Source: Centroscyllium fabricii (taxonomy: Eukaryota). Taken from it: DNA of 64,000 bases. Shown one piece after another: positions 1 through 10,634 of this stretch (its first letter is position 1; every line of letters begins with the position of its first letter). The notes below the pieces were generated by a model. The model ran no database searches. It saw nothing but the letters and a program-made list of their open reading frames with translations, and had not been told where the DNA came from. A program made the position numbers and the translations under genes. Where the stretch lies: the NCBI GenBank assembly GCA_051313645.2, contig JBNRSN020000007.1, positions 154,566,001 to 154,630,000 on the forward strand, in the 5' to 3' direction.

Positions 1-104
1 ATGACTGGCAGCTCACATATTGGATTATATTATGTCCAGTAAAATGCCAAAACGTTTCATCGCTTTGAACCACACATATTCAAAGGTTACCCCAAGGAGA
101 TGAA

Positions 105-235
105 TGCAAAAAGTCACACAACACCAGGTTTAAAGTCCAACGTTTTATTTTAAAATAAAACGTTGGACTTTAAACCTGGTGTTGTGTGACTTTTTGCATT
201 TGTCCACCCCAGTCCAACACCGGCACCTCCGCATT
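105..235. mobile_element. Short insertion with 98-bp perfect palindrome (Penelope-like end fragment)
   Basis: 103-200 is a loopless palindrome followed by a 35-bp unpaired tail. Flanked by direct repeat AAGGAGATGAA (94-104, 236-246). Family assignment is from recalled similarity to shark Penelope-like ends. Confidence 0.6.
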
Positions 236-472
236 AAGGAGATGAACACCAAGGTGAGTTTAACCAAATTAAAATGATAACTGGGTACTACCATTCTAAG
301 TTTATTTTAACTAGTGTCCCATAGATGATGGGGTTGATCCTTGCCAGTCTCACTAGATGCTCTCCAGTGGGCTTGCCATCATAGATATGCATATGTACAT
401 AGGAACATACAGGATCAAAGACTACTGCAGTCCATCTGGTCAGTCCCAGTGACTTGTGTTAATTTTGGTTTT

Positions 473-690
473 TTTAATGGGGGGAGAAACATTGGAACAA
501 TAGTCGGCCATTCATAGCTGATCTGTACCTCAACTCCATTTAACTGCATTAGCTCCATATCCAGTGTTACCCTTACACAACAAACATCTAGCGATCTCGG
601 TCCTGGCAGCTCCAAGTGACCCCCAGCATCCAGAGCATTTTGGGGGAAGAGTTCCAGATTTCCACTACCCTCTGTGTGGAAAAATGCATC
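473..690 (-). mobile_element. Old degraded CR1 3' fragment
   Basis: Weak similarity to CR1 3' ends in this window (GAGTTCCAGATTTCCACTACCCTCTGTGTGGAAAAAT vs GAATTCCACAGGTTCACCACTCTCTGGGTGGAGAAAT at ~1414-1450). Confidence 0.55.
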
Positions 691-1490
691 ACTGGGGGAA
701 GATGTGTGCATATGCCTTAAGGTCTTGTTAGCTTGGGGAAAGTGCCCAGTCCTGTGGGATAAGTGAGTTTACATTCACTTGTGGTCTGGGGGAAGTTTGT
801 GTCAGCACTAAGCAGGATTGATTTTTATTGTCCCGGATAGGAACAAAGGAAATTCTGTGGACAAAAACACTTAGCCCAAAAAGACTGCACTATTTAGGTC
901 CATCTCAGCCCCATGTTCCTGCCTTCTCACCAGATTCCTCAATCCCTCCTTTCTCCAGAACCATAACTAATTGTTTCTTGAATCCATTTATAACACATTG
1001 TTTTTTCAATAAGCATCTCTGGCATTTAATTTCACTTGTAGCTTTTGCGAATTAGCTGTCCCCACACCGAGCTGGACGAAGGCCCCTGATTTCTGAAACT
1101 GAACTCCTGATATGGGATGTTGCATTAAGCTCAGTGCTGGATGTGCTCATTTGGAAAATTATGAAAAAGTTCACCAGATTTAATCCTACGTTTCTCACAT
1201 ATAACATAGAAACATAGAAGATAGGAGCAGGAGTAGGCCATTCAGCCCCTTGAGCCTGCTCTGAAATTCGATGAGATCATGGCTGATCATCCAAACTCAG
1301 TACCCCGTACCTGCTTTCTCCCCATATCCCTTGATACCTTTAGCTCTAAGAAATATATCGAACTCCTTCTTGAATATATTTAATGAATTGGCCTCAACTG
1401 CCTTCTGTGGTAGAGAATTCCACAGGTTCACCACTCTCTGGGTGGAGAAATTCTTCCTCATCTCTGTCTTAAATGGCTTACCCCTTATCT

Positions 1491-1619
1491 TTTGATTTGA
1501 TTTGATCTTTATTTATCTCGAACAGATCAAACATAAAAACCACAAAGTGGTAGTAACATAATATTTCCATATTCATGAAATCAAAAACAGTCAAATAAAT
1601 AAACCACACAAAGATAAGT
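1491..1619 (-). mobile_element. AT-rich 3' end of a LINE with (ATCAA)n tail, inserted in CR1
   Basis: Interrupts CCTTATC|TTAGAC (uninterrupted at ~24699-24712). Minus strand ends AATAAAGATCAAATCAAATCAAA. Confidence 0.6.
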
Positions 1620-2171
1620 TTAGACTATGACCCCTGGTTCTGGACTCTCCGATCATCGGGAACATTCTTCCTGCATCTAGTTTGTCCAGACCTGTCAGAA
1701 TTTTATAAGTTTCTATGAGATCCCCTCTCATTCTTCTAAACTTCAGTGAGTATAAGCCCAATCGACCCAAAATCTCCTCATACGTCATTCCTGCCATCCC
1801 AGGTATCAGCCTTGTAAATCTTTGCTGAACTCCTTCCATGGCAAGAACATCCTTCCTCAGATAAGGCAACCAAAACTGCACACAGTACTCAAGGTGTGGT
1901 CTCACCAAGGCCCTGTACAACTGCAGCAGGACATCCTTGTTCCTGTACTCAAACCCTCTCGCTACGAAGGCCAACATACCATTTGCCTTGTTCACTGCCT
2001 GCTGTACCTGCATGCTTACCTTCAGCGACTGGTGCACAAGGACACCCAGGTCTCGTTGCACTTCCCCTTCTCACAATCTATTGCCATTCAGATAACAGTC
2101 TGCCTTTCTGTTTTTGGCAGCAAAGTTGATAACCTCACATTTATCCACGTTATATTTGGACAGGTTGGGTG

Positions 2172-2901
2172 TGTTGACATAGTGATTAGCACCGGCGCTA
2201 AATGTTAGCGCGCGCTAATTAGCGATCAGCAATCCTCGTGGAAATGCGTGTGCAACGCCGCCCGAAATTTGCTTTTGTGCCAGTCCACCTCACCCGGTGC
2301 TGCCAGCGCCAGCTTCGGCAAGCACTGCAGCGGGTTTGAGTGACCACTGCAGTGCTTCTAAAAGGGCCCCCCTCCCTCTTCGGTCCGAGTGGCCAGGTGA
2401 TGGGCGAGTCAGCCCGAGCGGCCAATTGATTAGAGAGCGGGGAGGGGGGCCACCCAAACCCCCTCCCCGCTCTCTGATCAGTTGCTGCTCGGGGGCCGCT
2501 CGACCCCCCTCCCTGCTCTCTGATCAGTTGCCGATCGGGGGATCAGGCGACCCCCGATCCAGCAACTGATCAGAGTGCGGGGAGGTGGGTCGGGCGGGCC
2601 TGATCGGCCAATTCATGAGAGAGTAGGGAGGAAATGATGCTGCTCTGCTTCCCCTTTAAGACCTATTCGGCTGCAGAGGTCATGCAAGCAGTTGGTGAGG
2701 GAGCACTGCGCCCGGGAACGGCAATTAGCGGCAAAATATTGGCCACCTGGAAGCCATGCAAGACCTGAATAAGCGCCGAAATCTGCAAAGCCGGCGCTAA
2801 TGCCAATATCGGGCGCCTCGGCGCTAATTTAGCACCGGTGCTAATTTTAGCGCTGTGCCCATTTTAGCGCCAGAAAACATGCGCTCACAAATTTCATGCC
2901 C
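2172..2901. mobile_element. GC-rich non-coding foldback/MITE-like element fragment
   Basis: Clusters of GCGCTAA/TTAGCGC motifs at both ends. Internal hairpins at ~2417-2490 and ~2501-2592. Right end AAATTTCATGCCC; no matching left terminal repeat seen. Confidence 0.55.
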
Positions 2902-3706
2902 ATAGAGTCTATGACTCTATGACTCTATATTGCATCTGCCACATTTCTGTCCAATCACCCAACCTGTCCAAATCATCCTTGAGTTTCTCGGTATCCTCCT
3001 CGCAGCACACACGCCCACCCAGCTTTGTGTCGTCTGCAAACTTGGAGATATTACATCTAGTTCCCTTATTTAGATTATTAATGTATATTGTGAATAGCTG
3101 GGGTCCAAGGACCGATCCCTGTGGTACTCCACTAGTCACTGCCTGCCACTCGGTAAAAGACCCGTTAATTCCTACTCTCTGCTTTCTGTCCGCCAACCAG
3201 TTCTCTATCCAAGTAAATACCTTGCCCCCAATCCCACGTGCCTTAACTTTACATGCTAATCTCTTATGCGGCACATTATCGAAAGCCTTTTGAAAGTCCA
3301 AATACACCACATCCACTGGTTCTCCCTTATCTATTTTCCCAGTTACATCTTCAAAAAACTCCTGTAGATTAGTCAAGCATGATTTACCTTTTGTAAATCC
3401 ATGTTGACTTTGCCCTATCCTGTCACTACTTTCCAAGTGCTCAGCTATTACATCATTTATAATGGGCTCTAGCATTTTCCCCAGTACCGATATCAGGCTT
3501 ACCAGTCTGTAATTCCCCACTTTCTCTCTGCCATCCTTTTTGAATAGTGGGGTAACACTAGCTACCCTCCAATCCATGGGTACAGTTCCAGATTCCAGCG
3601 AATGTTGGAAGATGATCAGCAATGCATCTACTATTTATAGGGCCACTTCGTTAAGTACCCTAGGATGTACATTATCAGGCCCTGGTGATTTATTGGCCTT
3701 CAATCC

Positions 3707-5362
3707 AGTATTTGTAGGGATATGGTGTTGGGGACCTTGAAGAGATTAAAGACCGACAAATCCCCAGGGCCTGATAATCTACATCCTAGGGTACTTAAGG
3801 AAGTGGCCCTGGAGATAGCAGATGCATTGCTGATCATCTTCCAGAACTCGATAGACTCTGGAACAGCACCCATGGATTGGAGGGTAGCTAATATTACACC
3901 ACTATTCAAAAAAGGGGGTAGAGATAAAGTGGGGAATTATAGACCATTAAGTCTGACATTGGTAGGGGGGAAAATGCTAGAGTCCATTATTAAAGATGTA
4001 ATATCAGTACACTTGAAAAACAGTGACGGGACCGGACAGAGTCAATATGGATTTACAAAAGGTAAATCGTGCTTGACTAATCTACTGGAATTTTTTGATG
4101 ATGTAACTGGTAAAATAGATTGGGGAGAACCAGTAGACGTGGTGTATTTGGACTTTCAGAAGGCTTTCGATAAAGTCCCACATAAGAGATTCGCATGCAA
4201 AATTAAGGCTCATGGGATTGGGGGCAAGGATTTGACTTGGATAGAGAACTGGTTGGCAGACAGAAAACAGAGAGTTGGAATAAACAGGTTGTTTTCCGAG
4301 TGGCAGGCAGTGACTAGTGGGGTACCGCAAGGATTGGTCCTAGCACCCCAGCTGTTCACAATATATATATTAATGATCTGGATGAGGGAATTGGATGTAA
4401 TATCTCCAAATTTGCAGATGACACAAAGCTGGGTGGCGGGGGGTGGGGGGGGGGGGTTGTTATGCTGTGAGGAGGATGTCAAGAAACTCCAATGCGATTT
4501 GGACAGGTTGGGGGATTGGGCAGATACATGGCAAATGCACTATAATGTGGATAAATGTGAGGTTATCCACTTTGGTGGCAAAAACAGGAGGGCAGATCAT
4601 TATTTGAATGGCAATAGATTGGGAGATGGGGAAGTGCAAAGAGACCTGGGTGTTCTTGTGGAGCAGTCACTGAAGGTAAGCATGCAGGTGCAACAGGCGG
4701 TTAAGAAGGCAAATGGTATGTTGGCCTTCGTAGCAAGAGGGTTCGAATATAAGAGCAAGGATGTCTTGCTGCAGCTCTACAGGACCTTGGTGAGACCACA
4801 CCTCGAGTATTGTGTGCAGTTTTGGTCGCCTCATCTGAGGAAGGACATTCTTGCCATTGAAGGAGTGCAGCGAAGATTCACCAGGCTGATACCTGGGATG
4901 GCAGGAATGAAGTATGGAGAGAGATTGAGTCGATTGGGCTTATACGCACTGGAGTTCAGACGATTGAGAGGGGATCTCATCGAAACCTATAATATTCTTT
5001 CAGGCCTGGACAGACTGGAGGCAGGAATGATGTTCCCGATGGTCGGGGAGTCCAGAACCAGGGGCCATAGTCTAAGGATAAGAGGAAAGCCATTTTGGAC
5101 TGAGATGAGGGGGAATTTCTTCACCCAGAGAGTGGTGAACCTGTGGAATTCTCTGCCACAGAGGGCGGTGGAGGCCGGTTCATTGAATATATTCAAGAAG
5201 GAGTTGGATATATTTCTTCAGGCTGAAGGAATCAAGGGATATGGGGAGAAGGCAGGGACAGGGTACTGAATCTGAAAGATCAGTCATGATCTAATTGAAT
5301 GGCGGAGCAGGCTTGAAGGGCCATACGGCCTACTCCTGCTCCTATCTTCTATGTTTCTATGT
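3707..5362 (+). mobile_element. CR1 LINE 3' part inserted antisense into the host CR1
   Basis: RT ORF 3722-5269, 3' UTR, and TTCTATGTTTCTATGT tail. Host CR1 stops at 3706 and resumes at 5363. Confidence 0.92.
3722..5269 (+). pseudogene. CR1 ORF2 reverse transcriptase remnant
   Basis: KSPGPD, NYRPLSL, YLDFQKAFD, GVPQG, RPHLEYCVQFW. The KFADD segment (~4408-4422) is out of frame between compensating frameshifts, the second near the poly-G at 4430-4456. Confidence 0.88.
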
Positions 5363-5853
5363 CAATTTCCTTAACACCATTTCCCGACAAATACTGATTT
5401 CTTTCAGTTCCACCCTTTCATCAGCCCCTCTGTTCTCCAACATCTCTGAGAGGTTATTTGTGTCCTCCATTGTGAAGACAGAGCCAAAATATGCATTTAA
5501 CTGGCTGCCATTTCTTCGTTCCCCATTATAACTTCCTCTGCTTCTGACTGCAACGGACCTACACTTGATTTCAATAATCTTTTTCTCTTCACATATCGAT
5601 AAAAGCTCTTACAGTCAGTTCTTGTGTTCCTTCCAAGCTTACTTTCATATTCTATTTTACCCTTCTTAATGAATCCCTTTGTCCTCCTTTGTTGAATCCT
5701 AAACTGCTCCCAATTCTCAGGGTTACCGTTTTTGGCCAGTTTATAATTCAATGAACCACCTCTAGATTTTAAACATTTCATCACTGTGAAGTATTCAGAG
5801 TTTAAAACTGTAACAATTCTTAAGGCCCGGAACTCTAATCCTGTAGTGATTCC

Positions 5854-6090
5854 TGTGGTAATTGTGTAATAACCACTGTATATAGTTGCTGGTTCACCTG
5901 TACTGTATTGCAGGCCAGGTCAGCCACACCCCTAACTCCTCCCCTCAGGTCGGTGTATATAGGTGAGCGCTGTCCTGCCCCCGCTCATTCTTCACCTTGA
6001 CCTCATCAGGAGACCAGCTCCATTCTTAGTTAATAAAAGCCTGTAGTTTAGGTAACTACTCGACTTTGTGTATTAATTGACGATACGTCA
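5854..6090 (+). mobile_element. Solo LTR related to the LTRs of Gypsy element 2
   Basis: TGTGGTAA...GATACGTCA, 5-bp TSD ATTCC (5849-5853, 6091-6095), TATATA box and AATAAA. Shares blocks with the reverse complement of 18217-18498. Confidence 0.9.
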
Positions 6091-7351
6091 ATTCCTGTTG
6101 AGTGATCCAACACCGTTAGACTGATCCCACACCTGTAGAGTGATCCTTCAGCTGCAGAGTAATCCCTCACCTATAGCATTATCCGTTACCAATAGACTGA
6201 TCCATCACCAGTAGAGTGATGCTACACATTCAGAGTGATTCCTCACCTGTAGAATGATCACACACCTGTAGAGTGATCCCACACCTGTAGAATGATCCCA
6301 CACCTGTAGAGTGATCCTGCACCTGTGGAGTGATCCCTCACCTGTAGTGTAATCCCACACATGTAGGTAGAGTGACCCCACAGCTGTAGAGTGATGCAGT
6401 ACCAGTAGATTGATCCTTGACCTGTAGAGTGATCCCACAACTGTAGAGTGATCCATCAGCTGTAGAGTGATCCCACACCTGTAGAGTGATCCTGCACCTG
6501 TGGAGTGATCCCTCACCTGTAGAGTGATATCTCACCTGTAGATGTAATCCCTCAACTGTAGAGTGATCCCGAACCTGTAGAGTAATTCCACATCTGCAGA
6601 TTGATCCCTCAGCTGTAGGGTGATCCTACACCTGCAGAGGGATCTCTCACCTATAGAGTGAATTCACACCTGTAGAGAGATCCCTAAACTGTAGAATGAT
6701 GCCACAACTGTAGTGTGATCCCTAACCTGTAGATTGATTCCACACCTGCAGAGTGAACCCACAACAGTAGAGTAATCCCTCAGCTGTAGCTTAATCCCTT
6801 GCCTGTAGAGTGATTCCTGGCCTGTAGAGTGATTCCTGGCCTGTAGAGTGATTCCACACCTGCAGTTAAATTACTCACCTGTAGGGTGAACCCACACCTT
6901 CAAAGGAATCCCTCACCCATAGATTGAACCCACACCTGTAGATCCATTGCACACCTGTAGAATGATCCCTGAACTGCAGGGTGGTCCCACACCGGTACAG
7001 TGATCCCATACCTGTTGAATGATCCACACCTGTAGAGTGATCCCTCACCAGGAGAGTGACCCCACACCGGTAGAGTGATCCCACACCGATAGAGTTAACC
7101 CTCACCTGTAGTATGATCCTTCACCTGTAGAGTGATCACACACATTGTACACTAAAACACTCAACTGTAGAGTTACCCCACACCTGTAGAGTGACAATTC
7201 ACCTATAGAGTTATCCCTCACCTGTAGTGTGATCGCACACCTGTAGGATGGTCCCACACCTGCAGAGGGGTTCCACAACTGTAGTGATTCCACATCTGTA
7301 GAGTGATCCCCAACCTGTTGAGTGTTTCCACCCCATAGATTGATCCTGTTA

Positions 7352-9428
7352 AGAGACTGGGAGGCCTTTAGACCGTAGGGCTAACAGGATGGCCTTCCAG
7401 ACCGTGGCATTATCCCTCTCCACCTGTCCGTTCCCCCGGGGGTTGTAGCTGGTAGTCCTGCTAGTAGCGATGCCTTTCGCTAGCAGGAACTGATGCAGCT
7501 CGTCACTCATGAAGGAGGCCCCCCGGTCGCTATGAATGTAGCTGGGGTAGCCGAACAGGGAGAAAATGCTGTGGAGGGCCCTTAATGACGGTGGCAGAGG
7601 TCATGTCCGGGCAGGGGATGGAGAAGGGGAAACGCGAGTACTCGTCGATAACATTCAGAAAGTACATGTTTCTGTTTGACGAGGGAAGGGGCCCTTTAAA
7701 ATCGACGCTGAGTCGCTCAAAGGGGCGGGTGGCCTTGATCAGGTGCGCCCGGTCTGGCCGAAAAAAGTGCGGCTTGCACTCCGCACAGACCTGGCAGTTT
7801 CTGGTCATGGTCTTGACCTCCTCGATGGAGTAGGGAGGTTGCGGGACTTAACAAAGTGGACCAACCTGGTGACCCCCGGGTGGCAGAGGTCATTGTGCAG
7901 GGTTTGGAGATGGTCCACTTGTGCGCTGGCACATGTACCGCGTGATAGGGCATCTGGGGGCTCATTGAATTTCCCGGGCCGGTACAAAATATCATAATTG
8001 AAAGCGGAGAGCTCAATTCTCCACCTCAGTATCTTGTCGTTCTTGATTTTACCCCGCTCTTTGTTGTTGAACATAAAAGCGACTGAGCGTTGGTCAGTCA
8101 GCAGGGTAAATCATTTGCCGGCCAGGTAGTGCTTCCAGTGTCGCACTGCTTCAACAATGGCCTGGGCCTCCTTCTCGACTGAAGAGTGACGGGTCTCGGG
8201 GCCCTGGAGGGTACGTGAGAAGAAGGCCACGGGTCTGCCCGCCTGGTTAAGGGTGGCGGCCAGGGCAATGTCCGATGCATCGCTCTCGACCTGGAATGGG
8301 ATGGACTCGTCCACAGCGTGCATCGTTGCCTTTGCAATGTCATCCTTAATGCCGCAGAACGCCGCGCGGGCATCTGCTGACAGGGGGAATGAGGTCAATT
8401 TAAGTAGTGGGCGGGCTTTGTCCGCATAGTTGGGGACCCACTGGGCATAATAGGCGAAGAACCCCAGGCACCTTTTGAGGGCCTTGAGGGAGTGGGGGAG
8501 GGGAAGCTCCAGGAGGGGGCGCATGTGGTCCGGGTCGGGACCGATGACCCCATTCTCCACAACACTGCCGAGGATGGCGAGGCGGGTGGTCCTGAACACA
8601 CATTTTTCCGTGTTATATGTCAGGTTCAGTGTTTTGGCGGTGTGGAGAAATTTCTGGAGGTTGGCGTCATGGTCCTGCTGGTCCTGGCCACATATTGGTC
8701 ACGTTATCGAGATACGGAAATGTGGCCCGCAGCCCGTACTGATCGACCATTCGGTCCATCTCCCTTTGGAAGACCGAGACACCATTCGTGACGCCAAACG
8801 GGACCCATAGGAAGTGATAGAGGCGGCCATCAGCCTCGAAGGCCGTATAGAGACGGTCCTCTGGGCGGATGGGGAGCTGGTGATACGCGGACTTCAGATC
8901 TATAGTTGAAAAGACCCGAAACTGCGCGATCTGATTTACAATGTCCGCTATCCGGGGAAGGGGGTAAGCGTCTAACTGGGTGAACCGGTTAATGGTCTGG
9001 CTATAGTCCACTACCATTCGGTTCTTAGCTCCGGTCTTCACCACCACTACCTGCGCCCTCCAAGGGCTGTTACTGGCCTCGATGACCCCCTCCCTCATGA
9101 GGCGCTTCACCTCGGACTTGATGAAGTCCATGTCCCCGGTACTGTAGCGCCTACTTTTGGTGGCGATGGGCTTGCAGTCCGGGGTGAGGTTAGCAAAGAG
9201 CGAGGGAGGGGCGACCTTAAGGGTTGAGAGGCCACAGGTAGCGCGCTGAGGATGCTGCGAGGAGCGCTGGTTGCAGACCGTGAGCGGGGGAAGGGGCCCA
9301 CCGTATGCCATGGTAAAGCTCTGGAGGTGGCACTGGAAGTCCAGGCCCAGTAATAATGGAGCGCAGTGCTGCGGCAGCACGAATAATTTGAAATTGCTAA
9401 AGTGCACGCCCCGTACCGTTAGAGTCAC
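7352..9428 (-). pseudogene. pol: pol (RT-RNase H-integrase) of Gypsy 1, several frameshifts
   Basis: ORF pieces 8667-9428, 8111-8599, 7805-8074 and 7530-7808 with IDLKSAYHQ, PFG, YLDN, SVDFKGP, IDEYSRF. Confidence 0.9.
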
Positions 9429-10612
9429 CGCGCAACGTCCGCAGATTCCACGGATTCCGACTTTGATGCCATAGAGATCTTTTGGCTCGCCGGCGTAACC
9501 TTAAGAGAGAGGCGCCTTACCGTTTCTGGGTGGACGAAACTCGCCGTACTCCCGCTGTCGAAGAGGCACTCGATGCTCCGCCCGTTCACTTCCACTGTCA
9601 TCATCGATCTGCTGAGTGGTTGTGCCTTGTTCTTATCCAAGTTGATGGATGCCAGTGTAGGGTCGGTCGAGTCGTTTTGATCCGTTGAGAGGTCGTCTGG
9701 GGCCTGGTCCCAAGATGGCTGCCGCCATGTGTTGTACTGCGGAAGGGGTGGCTGAGACCAAGATGGCGTCTGCTGCCACGCGGTGGGCTGTGTTGAAGAT
9801 GGCTGTGTCCAAGATGGCTGCCCCCATGGCCCACATGCGGCACTGCCCGGTTTCGATTGCAGCGTTGCAGTTGCTCTGCAGACTTTGGCATAGTGTCCTT
9901 TCTTGCCGCATTTCGAGCAGGCCGCGTCTTTTGCAGGGCAGTTCCGTCTCGGGTGCTGAGACTGCCCACAGAAGTAACATTTGGCCGTCTTAGAATGAGC
10001 GGCCGCAGTCATCTCTTCCGCCGGTCGCGGCTCCGGCGATGTCCAAGTTGTCGGGGCTGGGCCCGCGTAGTTGCCGAAATATGATGACAGATTCAGCGAT
10101 GCCACATCCAGTGCTTTGCCCAGATCCGCTGTCGCCTGCAGGTCAAGGCCGTTCTGTTCTAACAGCCTTTGGCGAATATAGTCCGACCTGAGGCCAGTTA
10201 CATACGCGTCCCTGATCAGGCTGTCCACGTGGACCTGGGCCGACTGCGATCTGCAGTTACAGGCCTGGGAGAGTACTCTCAGCGCGCGTATGAACTCCAC
10301 GCTGGACTCACCTGGTTGCTGTCTTCTGGTAGCCAGGAGGTGTCTGGCGTGGACGATGTTGGGTGCCCGGTTGTACTCCGCTTTGAGGATCCAGATTGCA
10401 TCTAGGTACGATGATGCGTCTACGATCATGGAGTATACCTGAGGGCCCACCCGGGCATTGAGGAGATGCCGTTTGTCCTCCTCGGTCGTGACGACCGCCA
10501 CGTTCACATTGATGAACGCATCAAAGCAGTCGAACCAGTGCGTAAAGGTATTTGATGCACCTGGTGTCCGGGGTTCCAGCTCGAACGTTGCTGGTTTGAG
10601 CATCAATTTCAT
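9425..10612 (-). pseudogene. gag: gag-protease of Gypsy 1
   Basis: ORF with CYFCGQSQHPRRNC and CSKCGKKGHYAKVC, then LFDSGS. First ATG at 10612, ~22 nt after the LTR. Confidence 0.88.
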
Positions 10613-10634
10613 CGTCAAATTTAGCTAATAAAAT

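Larger units (their letters stand above)
1205..5745 (-). mobile_element. Host CR1 LINE (5'-truncated, decayed), interrupted by three insertions
   Basis: (ACATAGAA)n tail at 1205. ORF2 pieces 1591-2061, 2909-3622 ([24 protein letters not shown]) and 5497-5784 are collinear once 1491-1619, 2157-2925 and 3707-5362 are removed. Confidence 0.9.

Noticed and set aside
4430-4456. G-rich tract as a functional G-quadruplex (also the C-tract at ~24741-24765)
   Set aside because: Copy-specific homopolymer expansions inside decayed CR1s; slippage or sequencing error is more likely.
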